A stretch of 64,000 nt of DNA from Zancudomyces culisetae HAW-14-8 (Eukaryota > Fungi > Kickxellomycota), in NCBI GenBank assembly GCA_052426225.1, contig JBNJNM010000010.1:868001-932000 (forward strand), in the 5' to 3' direction. How positions within the stretch are numbered: position 1 is the first letter of the stretch; every line of letters starts with the position of its first letter. The position numbers were made by a program, and so were the translations under genes. Below the pieces are notes generated by a model. It searched no databases. It saw nothing but the letters and a program-made list of their open reading frames with translations, and had not been told where the DNA came from. Positions 1 through 11,389 of this stretch are shown in pieces.

Positions 1-906
1 TTATAGTTGCCAGAGACTACTAATTACATATAGGTAAGTTCAGTTTTTGGAAATAAATAAAATGTAAAACAAATTCACTGATTACAAGAAAAATTGTTTT
101 ATAGTCTCGTGTGCTCTGGATAAAAGTCCTAAACAATTCAATACCTTGGAAAAGTATATTTATTTAGGGAAACATTATATATTTCAAACGACGAAATGAA
201 ATATTTATTATATCAATAATCAAATATATGAATTAAATTTCCGATCACAAAATGCCAGAAATATTCAGTTCAAAAATTTTAGATAAACTTTATAAAGTAG
301 TATAAGAGCATAAAACGAATTTATATTTATCAGTATACTTACTTAAGTTAAATTATATTTAGACAACTATGGAAAATGAGTCAGAATATGAGGATGACGA
401 CAGGGCTGAGTATGAAACAATAACGGATATAGTAAATATTAATAGGATGGGTTTTATAAAAACTTAACAGTAACAATTAAAGTATTTAGTGGAGGAGGAG
501 ATTCCATTTGAAGCATCTTCTGCTATTTTAATAGTTTTAAAAACAATAGTAAGAACAAGAAATAAAAACTTTGAACTAGAAGGAATTTTTTATAGTTATT
601 TATTTAAAGTATAAAGTAATAATATTAGTGCTTCGGCTAAGGTTAAAAATATTAAAGTAGTAAAAGTTAAAAAGTACTAGTATCTCACGTCAGGTCTTAT
701 GAAGCAGCTCCGCTCCGCAATTACCATGCAGTTCAGAGATGAAAGGCGTATTCATCAGATAGTGGTAGATCGGGCATCTTATCTATGGAAGTAGAACTCA
801 CTCCTTCACGTGATCCACTCCTGTATCTTGAAGAAGCGATCCAACAGAAGTTCCAATCCGTATGATACCCAACCAACGAATGAGACCTGCTCGATCGCGT
901 CTGACA
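1..906 (+). repeat. Diverged repeat with LTR-like GACA end, carrying a decayed unknown ORF (copy 1; starts upstream of the window)
   Basis: Aligns by eye with about 54400-55265; both copies end at ...TC(T/C)GACA. Frame from 369 reads MENESEYEDDDRAEYETITDIVNINR...SGLMKQLRSAITMQFRDE with internal stops. Confidence 0.65.
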
Positions 907-1790
907 ATAGTAAATAATAACGTCGAGCTATTATTATTGCTATTATGGCTTTTTGTTTTGTGGTATAGTGGCTACACAATTTGAAATTGAATCAATTAAA
1001 TTTAGAAAAAAGACCGATTCCTAGTTCACAATGGAGTACAATAATATATAATACTCCAAATTAAAAAATAATAAAAACAAAGATATCAAAAAACATAAGC
1101 CGGAACAAACAGATGAGATAAAAAATTGGCTTTACTAACTACTTTGATACTAATATTTATCTAAATACAAATTATTGTGTTTGTACTTTGCAAATATCAT
1201 TAACAATAGTTATAGTAAATAATCTAGCAATTATAGTATAAGCAAATAAAAAAAGCAAACAGAATTAGTTAAATAACATTAACTGTTGATAAAAATAATG
1301 CCAATCTATGTCAAAATCAGCAATCACTAATTTAAAATATATAGACTATACTAAAATTTACTACTATTAATGCTATTAGCTTCTGTTGATTTTTCAGCTA
1401 CTATGAAGAAGAGTTGGGTATAGCACTGAAATGTTGTATTTAGGTCTAGGTTTATTAAATAGTTTAGATTGAGATAGATTAAATCTTAAGCTATTTAAAA
1501 ATGTTTGTAGTAATATAACACTAAGTAAACTATAGTTAAATTAATTAGTAAAGTACTTATATATAAAAAAACGTAAATGAGAAGTGTAGTTGTTAAAGAA
1601 AGGGCTAGATATGATTCTTTAGTTGTCCGATCTCGTTTGTATTATGTGATATTTCAGCTGTTCGACTAGGAGAATTATATAGTACCTTAAAGTAATTCAC
1701 ATTTGTCTTTTAAGTGATAATGGCTAGAGAATAGAAGTTGATTCGCTAGCAAAATATGTGTAATGATACACATAAGAAAATACACAGCAT

Positions 1791-2630
1791 ATTGTAATAT
1801 ATAATAGATGCTATAAATAATCAGATATATTTTCTAGCTAAATTGATGGCTGAGTTTGGTTTAGCACTGATTTTTGCAGTTATACTCAGTTCTCGGATCA
1901 CTAACTAATTCTGTTTACCGATTGTCAATGTTTAGACCACTTTTATTATTAATAATTAATATAAATCCTAAGTAAACTATATTGGATATAAAGTACAAAT
2001 TATATCTAAATTGTTTATAAACGTATATGTAAAGTATATCTGTTAAGAAAGGCTAAATATGTCTTTTTTCGTCGTCCACGCTCGTTATATTCACTGATCG
2101 TTCTGACATTCCAACTAGATTAATATAGTTATAATATTATTGATCTCGCTATGTATTGATTGGTGGTTATCTTCGCTAATGAATCGTAATTGATTCTGTA
2201 GTATAACGGCTAAATACTTTTTGTTAGCGAATCAATTGCGATTCCTTAGTAGAAGATAACTACCAATGATAGCTAGCAGAATATATAGTAAAAATGATCT
2301 AAGATAGTAAAGTGAATAGCAAACCGAATATAAGAGAGCGGACAACGAAAATAGCATCTGCAGCCTTTCTAACAAGAATATACTTTACATATACGTTTAT
2401 ATATACTTAATAATTGAAAATAGCACCTTACTGATATAGTTTACTTAGTGTTTTATTAGTATTATATCAATAATAAAAGGTATTTAGAACATTTTTCATA
2501 CGGCAAACAGAACTAGTGAAGTGATCCGAGACCTGAGTATAACTGCCATAATCAGTGCTATACCAAACTCAGCCATCACATTAGCTGAAAAATATATAAG
2601 ATAATTAATACATCTACGACATATTACAAT
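1791..2630. repeat. Foldback/MITE-like element with about 400-bp imperfect inverted arms; a further partial copy at about 1385-1755
   Basis: 1791 attgtaatat is the reverse complement of 2621-2630. gatggctgagtttggtttagcactga (about 1845) pairs with tcagtgctataccaaactcagccatc (about 2552). The arms meet around a 32-bp spacer (2197-2228). Confidence 0.75.
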
Positions 2631-2712
2631 TCGCTAGCAAAAAGCAAATGGCCATTATACTACAAAAGCAAATAAAAAAAAATATAAACTGGAAAAAAAA
2701 TGAAAAAATAAT

Positions 2713-2784
2713 CGCCCGATGTGGGGCTCGAACCCACAGCCTTGAGGTTAAAAGCCTCACGCTCTACCATTGAGCTAACCGGGC
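2713..2784 (-). tRNA. tRNA-Lys(TTT): tRNA-Lys, anticodon UUU
   Basis: Minus strand reads GCCCGGTTAGCTCAATGGTAGAGCGTGAGGCTTTTAACCTCAAGGCTGTGGGTTCGAGCCCCACATCGGGCG: cloverleaf with A box, GGTTCGAGCC B box and anticodon loop CT-TTT-AA. A T6 Pol III terminator follows at 2708-2703. Confidence 0.97.
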
Positions 2785-2794
2785 TGATGTTTGT

Positions 2795-3066
2795 TGTCGG
2801 GAAAATTTGCATAATAGATTTTTCTAGAGAGAATCGCGGGATCGGCGGTTAATCTTCTCACAATAGGATCAACCGAACATCCTATTGTGAGCAAAATTAA
2901 CAATTACTTATTATCCTATCAATTAGTAGTATTTATTAGTATAAACTTATTTATTAGTACAACGGAAATTAGATTTAAGCAAAGCTAATTTCCTCTGTTT
3001 CGAACTTTACCTTCAAATTTCACAATAAATCGTATACATAGCAACAATAGTAAATTTTATACGACA
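2795..3066 (+). mobile_element. Solo LTR, family A (LTR of Gypsy element 1)
   Basis: TGTCGGG...TACGACA, near-identical to the reverse complement of 15363-15631; flanked by the 4-bp direct repeat TTGT (2791-2794, 3067-3070). Confidence 0.93.
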
Positions 3067-5180
3067 TTGTTGACGAAAATACAGATTCACTATTTTCGTA
3101 TTGCTTTTGTAAATATATTCTAATTATAACTAACTATCCTATGTGCTATTCTTTGTAGTTTTCAAAATAAAAGTTATACACTTATTGAATGTAGACCAAA
3201 CCTTTTGTTATATTTTTATTTGATGATGTTTTCATAGCTAGTTTCCTAGCCCTATTTATACTTATAATTAAATGACTATTATATACTTGAAAACTAAATA
3301 TATACTTAAACTTAAAACATAAACTAAATATTAATAATAAACCAGAATGTTGCTGTAGAAAAAATCCAGAAGGATAAAAAAAACTAGGCAACACATAATA
3401 TACTAAATAACCTATAATAAATATTAACTTATATTAATTGATAAACCTAAATATTAATATATAGAAATAAATATGTAATTGGTAAGTTATAATTAATAAT
3501 GTCTAGAGGTAGCTCTAGCCACTATATAACATGTTTTTGTCGTGCGAGACAACTAATCTTTACAATTATGTACAATAATAGTAGTTTTTACTCCTTAGTG
3601 GTTTTTATACGTTATTGGACAAGTTTAAAGCTTAAACATTTTATCTAGGTATAAATATAAACTTTACAGTTTTAGGATTAAGTTTAGACTTTATTAGGAT
3701 AAATATATATCAATAAAGATATGATATAACAACATATAAGTTATAAAGATAATAGTTTAAATATACTTTTAGTAGACTAGCTATAATTAAATAATACACA
3801 CGTATTAATGCGTAAGAATTAACATTGGAAGCATTCTTGCGACATTTTGTTGAATTTGTTTTCATTTTTTAGTACTAGTCCAATAGAATTTTTTTAAAAA
3901 ACTTCCACTAATATCAATCACGGTTCCCTAGAAGGGTGGTTATTACTGACACAGGATTTACCATTTCTAGCCAGTTAACCACTATCTATAAAACCCACTC
4001 GGAAAGAACACAACTGGACAATTTCCACAATTTTTGGTAAAAATAATTTTATTTAAAAGAATTCCTCCCAAAACCTGGAAAATATAGCCAAAATGGCCCT
4101 TTCCTTACACTAAAAAAATAGTATTACGCCTCTCTATATATGTTTATTTTTACTTTTAGTATGGTTTTGGTCGGATTTACAAATTTTTCAATTTTACTAA
4201 TAATTTACTAATAAAATTGATTAAAAATAAATCCACTAATAAAGTATAAAATCGATTCGATTAAAAAATAAATCGATTTGTACTATTAAATTGGCTGTAA
4301 TATTGACAAAAATTTATGACATGGTCATAATTTTTGTACTCTAAATTGAATTGCGCAGGAAACAATTTTTTCAAAATTGATTTCTCTGCTTTTTTGCTAC
4401 AATGAAAGCGGTAAATTTAAGTTGATGCTTTTGCATACAACAGTTGTTGTATAATTAAATTTTACTTATAATTATTTATTTTTTTCTTATTTATATATGT
4501 ATAATATGTATCGTATAATTATTGTTATAAGTTATAAACTTAGTTGAAACTATTATAAACTTAATATAAACATCTGGAGTTGATCATGACTATTTATTTA
4601 CTACTATAAAGCTTGTATGATAGAATGATATTTATTTCCTTATGCAACAACTAACCCTTTAAATACTTTTCCTAGTATTATAAACATACTAATAACTAAC
4701 TATTGTACTAATACTAACTAAATAAACTAATACTGAGACAATTTAAATGAGTAATAAACTAATACTCTTAGAAAAAACATCAATTCATCAGTTTCATTGA
4801 ATACTAAAAAAACTAAAACTAAAAGTATATTAATAATTTAATTATTTCACTTGATGATAAACATATAATATTTGTTTATCACCAAGGGTTCATGTCACTA
4901 TATGACTGTTTTGTAATATTATTTTAAATATCTTTGCCTTTTTAGGGGCTTTGTACTCAACTCCGAACTCTATCACACTTGTATAGTTTTTATCCTACAC
5001 CCCTTGCTTATAGTTCGTTTTATGAAGTTAGTACAGTCGTATTTTTTGTATATCTTATTTTTTTATTAATTCCCTCTCTCCTCAAAACTATGTAAAAATT
5101 ATATAAACTTTTGTTATTTCAAAAACTAAATAAAAAACTTTTCCTGATAACGACTAACCTGTTATCAAGGATAGAAATTG

Positions 5181-5648
5181 GATAAAACCCTCCATAGGGA
5201 GAAAAGTGCAATCTCCAATGAAAATAAATATGATAAAATAAATATGATAAATAGACTGCCAATCAAAGCTAGAAGGTATGAACTATCATTTTTAATATGA
5301 CAGTTTGTTGTAGAATCTATAAGACTCTAATGTTTGTTTATTATATATATTTTTATAAGTATGGTTTGTGTATTTTCTTATTTGTTTAATACTATTATAA
5401 CTTATTATTATATTATGTTTTAAAAGATTACTTTATTCATTTTTGTTGAGGGCATTCTCCTATACCCTGAAATATCTTCGATAATAAAACTAAATGTTAT
5501 CCTACTTAATGACTAAAAATATTGATTGACAAAAACCACGAGGGGAAAAAAGTACAATCTCAGTTAACTATACTAATATTAATAAAACTCAATAATTTAA
5601 ACTAAAAATAACTATCGTCGTATTCTCATACAACATGTTATGTCGTGT
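5181..5648 (+). repeat. Tandem units of an unclassified repeat with motif P (AAAACCACGAGGGGAAAAAAGTNCAATCT) and motif Q (ATACGACA-TGTTN-TGTC)
   Basis: P at 5181-5215 and 5528-5561; Q at about 5295 and 5628. The same pair recurs at 15632-15753 (-), 16274-16413 (-) and 18219-18340 (+). Confidence 0.65.
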
Positions 5649-6710
5649 AGTAGAAATGTTTTACGTCCTACTTCAAAGCTATTGGCCATCAAGCACTACA
5701 CGAGACGGGCCGCTAATAGTTACTATTATAATTATTTTATGTACTATTTTTATATTCAAGAGACGTCAAATTGTCAGGACTTGACAACTGAGTTTATTAT
5801 TATTATTTTAAGTTTGAAACTAAAGTTAAAGAAAGTTGATATTTTATTTACTAAAGGTCTTTATCAATAAAATCACTAAGTATTTATAGTTTTAAAACTC
5901 ACTATTAATTCGATTATAATTTATCGATAATAAATAACTAGGCATGAAACAAAATAGCACAACTCGTATTTATTATAATTTTTATGGAGTTGGGGGTTGG
6001 GGAATTGAAAAAGAACATCACCAATTTTGGTTTACCCAAAATGTGGATAATTTTCTTTTTCCCAAAATGTGGCTAATTTTGATTTTACCCAAAATGTCAT
6101 GATTGGATCATGACAAACATAAATGCATAACCAGTCTATAAATGAAGGATCGCTTTGCCTGAAAAAATACAATGTACACAGTAAGACATTAGAAGATTAT
6201 TTATTGACTCTATTAGTACCCTTACTCGCTGAAATACTAATAGTTTCACTGAGAATAATTTTATTACGCTTTTTGAAGAAAATGGTAGACCATATTTCTT
6301 GAGGTGCATATAGAGAGTGTGTGTGATGAGAATCCAGAACCACTTCACTTTGTCACATCAGTGATCATTTCTCATATTCAAACCAAGCTAGTTATACATC
6401 AACAAAAATCCCAATTCTAAATATTAAACATTCTCACTTCTCCATCAATATAATATATGTCTATCATTTTCACCACCTTGCCGACATTTGTGCACATTAT
6501 CCTGTAACTTTGTCATATGATCTAAAACGTATGATGCTGCTATATCATCTAATCGATTTGATAATGTATATTTATGATCTTAAATCAAAAAATCAGAATT
6601 GTTACTAAATCTTTATGTTTATATCCAGCATCAAGTTTCTGGAACTCACCCAAGTCTTATTTGAAATATACTTCCATGAAATATCCTACTCTGATGTAAA
6701 ACGCAATATA
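5411..6710 (+). repeat. 1.3-kb direct duplication, copy 1 (copy 2 at 18101-19401)
   Basis: Nearly identical to 18101-19401, including a shared solo LTR; the ORF track shows the same 70-aa ORF twice with 2 substitutions. Confidence 0.95.
5772..6115 (-). mobile_element. Solo LTR, family E (duplicated at about 18463-18807)
   Basis: TGTCAGGAC...CATGACA; its ends and AT-rich end segment resemble the TSD-flanked LTRs at 44592-45000 and 50415-50801. No clean TSD here. Confidence 0.7.
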
Positions 6711-8270
6711 CAGTGAGTTTCAAAAATGTCTCAAAATATTGAAAATAATTTGCAAAGTGTAATATCTCGCTCAATAATATCCAGAAATTATGTGTTTTTT
6801 ATATTATAAAATGCAAAAATGTTATATTCAGATTATATATAAATGTATTATTATTGGTTAAAAATTCATTATGAAATTATAAACTGAAAAAATTTTATAA
6901 ATGAGACATTTTGGGAATTTTTCAAAAAAAAACTTTAAAATTCTGTCCACCTTCCTTTAGACTTAATAACTGCCTCAACTGTTTTGGGCATACTATCTAT
7001 AAGACCAAGTATTGTTTCCACTGAAATTAAATTCCATTCCGTTTCTATTCGCTCCCATAATTCGATCATCCCGGACGGAGGTTTACTGTATCTATTTAGG
7101 CGTCTTTTGATGATTGCCCATATAGTTTCGATTGGGTTTAAGTCTGGAGATTGTGGCGGCCAGTCCAATGTATTATATTTCTGGTTTTCAAGCCAGCATG
7201 TAACTAACTTTGAGGTATGTTTAGGATCATTGTCATGTTGAAATATTATTGACTTGGGATCCAACTTGTAGTACTTTATTGTATTGCTAAGCTCGTCTTT
7301 TAAAATGTTTAAATAATCTTCCTTGTTTAACAATCCTTCTATTCGGCACATGTAGCCAGTTCCAGATGCTGTGATGCATCCCCAAATCATTAATGATCCT
7401 CCACCGTGTTTTACGGTCTGGTTAATATTGTGCGGCTGTAGACTCACACCATCACGAACCCAAGTCCATTCATTTCCATCAGATCCAAATCGGTTGATTT
7501 TAGTTCCGTCGGACCAAATTACTTGTCTCCAATCATTAGTAGTCCAGTGGCGATGAGATTTTGCGAATCTCAACCTTTTTGCAATATTTTTAAGGCTCAG
7601 TTTCGGTTTGGAGGTTTTTTTTTTGCAACGGCTTTTAGATCATTAAAAGCCCTATATATTGTAGACTTACTAGCACTAACAATATTATCCATTTCTAACT
7701 TCTTTTGTATCGAAGTAGCAGATCGATACTCTCCAGATAATATCATCCAGTACATATTCGCTTGCTTTGGGGTGAAAGCTTCGTTGGACGACCGAGTTTA
7801 TTAGCCGGTAAATTGATATTCATTGCTGCTTTTATACTGTATATTGTTGCTTTACTAACTCCATGTTCTATAATGATTTGGTCAATGTTTCTGCCTTCAA
7901 GTATCGCGTTATTTATATCCAGTTTACGTTGTTCAGATATCATTTTTTAAAAAATTATTATTTTGATTAGTATAACAATTATATATATTATTATTTGTAA
8001 AAGTTTAAAAATTTAAAATTTGAATTCATAAAGTTATGATAGTTTAAATTTTTTTTTTGAAATATTCCCAAAATTGTCTCATTTTTGTAATTTTTTCAAT
8101 TTATAATTTCATATGAATTTTTAACCAATATAAATACAATAATAATAATCTGAATATAACATTTGTGCATTTTATAATATAAAAAACATATAATTTCTGG
8201 ATATTATTGAGCGAGATATTACACTTTGCAAATTATTTACAATATTTTGAGACATTTTTGAAACTCACTG
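6711..8270 (-). mobile_element. Tc1/mariner DD34E transposon, family 1, copy 1; transposase (7943-6935) broken by two frameshifts
   Basis: TA|CAGTGAGTTTCAAAAATGTCTC...GAGACATTTTTGAAACTCACTG|TA with about 220-bp TIRs; WSD, QHDN and PIE motifs, with 34 residues between D and E. Confidence 0.96.
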
Positions 8271-8493
8271 TATAATAATAAGAGATATAGATTAATCAAA
8301 TATGAAAATACACATACCGTACTTATAAAAAGATATATACTAAACAAACATTTGAGTATTATAGATTCACTGTCGTATAAAATTTACTATTGTTGCTATG
8401 TATACGATTTATGTGTAATTTGAAGGTAAAGTTCGAAATAGAGGTAATTATCTTTGCTTATATCTAATTTCCGTTGTACTAATAAATAAGTTT

Positions 8494-9269
8494 TGTTAGG
8501 AATGGCCAATTCCTGGAACATAATTTTTAGTTACATTTTGGCCTACTAAAAATCTAACCTATTTTATTATTTCATTTCCGGTTTTCTAATTTGCCATTCC
8601 GACATTGGAATCATGTTTGCAAAATTCACCATGAATTTTCTGATTTTATTTTTGGGAAAATTTACTAAGCAAAATCAAGAAATTTTCCAATAATTAAATT
8701 TAACAAAAATCCTTGAAAAAATTGATAAACCAAATCCATGATAAAATTTGATATACAAAAACCATGATAAAATTGATAATAAAAATCTATGTTCAAATCG
8801 ATAAACAAAAACATGATAAAATCGATAAACAAAAACCATGATAAAATCGATAAACAAAATCAATGCTAAAATCGATAAACAAAAACTATGATAAAATCAA
8901 TAAACAAAATCATTGTTAAAATTGATATACTAAATCAATATTAAAATTGATAAACCATATCTATGTTAAAATCAACAAATGAAAATTACAAGTTTCACGA
9001 TAAGTAGATACCTAAAACTAGTTCAATTTTACATAGACAAATTTTATAGCTAAGATTTATTGACTTTAAGTTTTTCTTCACAGTAAAATTCTCTAATGAA
9101 AAATTATATAAACCCTTCGAAATTCCGTTGGGATACATCAGAGAAAAATATATATTTATCAACACATCAAATATAATATTTTTCTAAATACTTACTTCTC
9201 CCTAAATAAATATTAATCAAGCATAACAAATCTCTACTCCAAGTTATAAGCAGCTCATTGTTTATAACA
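8494..9269 (+). mobile_element. Solo LTR, family B, nested in the 3' LTR of Gypsy 1; contains a 21-bp tandem array
   Basis: TGTTAGG...TATAACA with perfect 5-bp TSD AGTTT; homologous to 39527-40375 and 55604-56398. Confidence 0.92.
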
Positions 9270-9630
9270 AGTTTATACTAATAAATACTACTAAAAGATA
9301 GGATAATAAGTAATTGTTAATTTTGCTCACAATAGGATGTTCGGTTGATCCTATTGTGAGAAGATTAACCGCCGATCCTGAGATTCTCTCTAGGAAAATC
9401 TTAATTTGCAAATTTTCCCGACAACCCCCTTCTTTAGCTCTGATCGTCCCGATTAGTTAAGCTATTAAACTGTTTTAATCTTGTTTGTATTCTAATAGGC
9501 AATACTTCAGGTACCATTCGGATGTGTTCATTATATCTTATAATCTTGTCGCCGCTGACTATATCTCTGTTATCCTCTGGGTCTGCGATAACATATGCGC
9601 CTTTGTCTAGTCTTCTTAATATCACATATG

Positions 9631-10170
9631 TGTTAGGAATTGTTTTAAAATAAATTAATTAAATTCATGTTTATTATAATTCTCCATGACCAAATCAAGT
9701 AGGTTACAAAATGAAATTGTAACCATATACAAATTACTATAATGTAACTAAGTACAAATTATTAAATTAATCTAACCAAGTCAAGTAAAAAATGAATTTC
9801 GCGATGAAATTTGTTATAATAATATTCACAGACCATTATAGGAAATAAGAAACCTAGAAAAAATTCCGAAACTAATAATTCAAAGAATCGTCAGAATAAA
9901 TGAATGACGCAATCATTGACACACTAAACTCGCGGTAGTTAATCACATCAGTTACTCATAAGTATAATAGTCAAATTTATAGTTTAATAGCAACTTTACT
10001 TAAGAAAATTTTATATGGAAAAATCTCTGGAGTAAAAGTATAAAAACCCTTTCGAAATCCATCGAAAGAGAACTTTAGAGAAAAATATCTTATTCACTAT
10101 TGAATACCATATTTTTCTAAATAATTAATAGTAATATATAATATAATCTTAAAATATTCAAGTCTTAACA
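9631..10170 (+). mobile_element. Solo LTR, family D, inserted at the integrase GPY motif of Gypsy 1
   Basis: TGTTAGG...CTTAACA with perfect TSD ATATG; splits WEGPY|VILRRLDKGAY. Confidence 0.92.
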
Positions 10171-11389
10171 ATATGGTCCTTCCCATATGCTACTAAACTT
10201 TGAATATGGCTTTTCTACAAGTCTTAAAACCTTTTCTCCTTCATTGAATCTTGTTACTTTTACTAGTTTGTCATATCTAACTTTTTCGTAGTTTTTGTTT
10301 TGTGTTATTTTATCAACTCCATTTTTCTCAGTTCAGGTAACTTATTATAGATGTATGCTATTCTTGCCAATACTGCTCCGTCTAGGTTCTCATTCGTATC
10401 CTCAGAATTTTATGAGAGTGGGGTGTTCATCTCGTACCCAAACAACATCATGGAAGGACTAGTTTTGATTATTCTATGTTTTACTGATCTTATTGACAAC
10501 AATGCTTTCCAAAGATACTGGTCCCAATTAGTCTTGTCGAATAAACATATTTTGGCTAACGCATTTTTCAGCGTTTGGTTAAACCTTTCCACCTGCCCAT
10601 TTGTCTGGGAGTGGTAGGCCGTAGAAGGTCTATGATCTATATTTAGTATAGAGTATACTTTAGTAGTTATATCACTTAAGAAGTTTGTACCTCTGTCGGT
10701 TATAATCCTTTTTGGGATACCGTAGACTGAAATTATATCATATATCAGAAAGTTCACTATTGTTTCAGAACGTATGTCTGGTAGTGCTTTTGCCACAGGC
10801 CATTTTGTCAGATAGTCGATGGCAGTAATTATGTATTTATTTCCACTCTCAGTTTCTGGAGTGATCGGGCCTATTATATCTATTTCTAAAATATCAAATG
10901 GCTTGCTCGCTATAATAGGTACTAACAAGTTATTTCTTCCTCTGCTTCTCCTATAACGTTGGCACCTGTCCAAAAGTTAACAATTGTTTTGTTACTTCGA
11001 ATAGTTCTGGTCCACTGTATACTTTTTTCACCTCTTCCCAGGTTCTATTTATCCCTTGGTGGTTTACTTCATGTAATCTTTAAATATTTTCTTCTGCATT
11101 GGCTTCATGTAACAATTCTCGCTTTCCATGTTTTCTTGGCCAAGAATATAATTTTCCGATTTCATGATAGTATTTTAGTGCTTTAGTTTGTATTAGTTCT
11201 TTTGTTTTGTTTTCTAAATTCGCAGGTATGATTTTTTCAGTTATATAGTTTATTATGTTTAAATATAATTCAAAATTTAAAACAAATACTTCAAGTTCTT
11301 TATATCCAGCGATATTTTCGTCAAATGTGATTACAGTAACTTGCCTCGATAATGCGTCTGCAATGTTTAGTTTTACTTTTCTGTATACC

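Noticed and set aside
8715-8990. 21-bp array as a CRISPR array
   Set aside because: The units are contiguous with no unique spacers, lie inside a TSD-flanked LTR, and there are no cas genes in this eukaryotic context.
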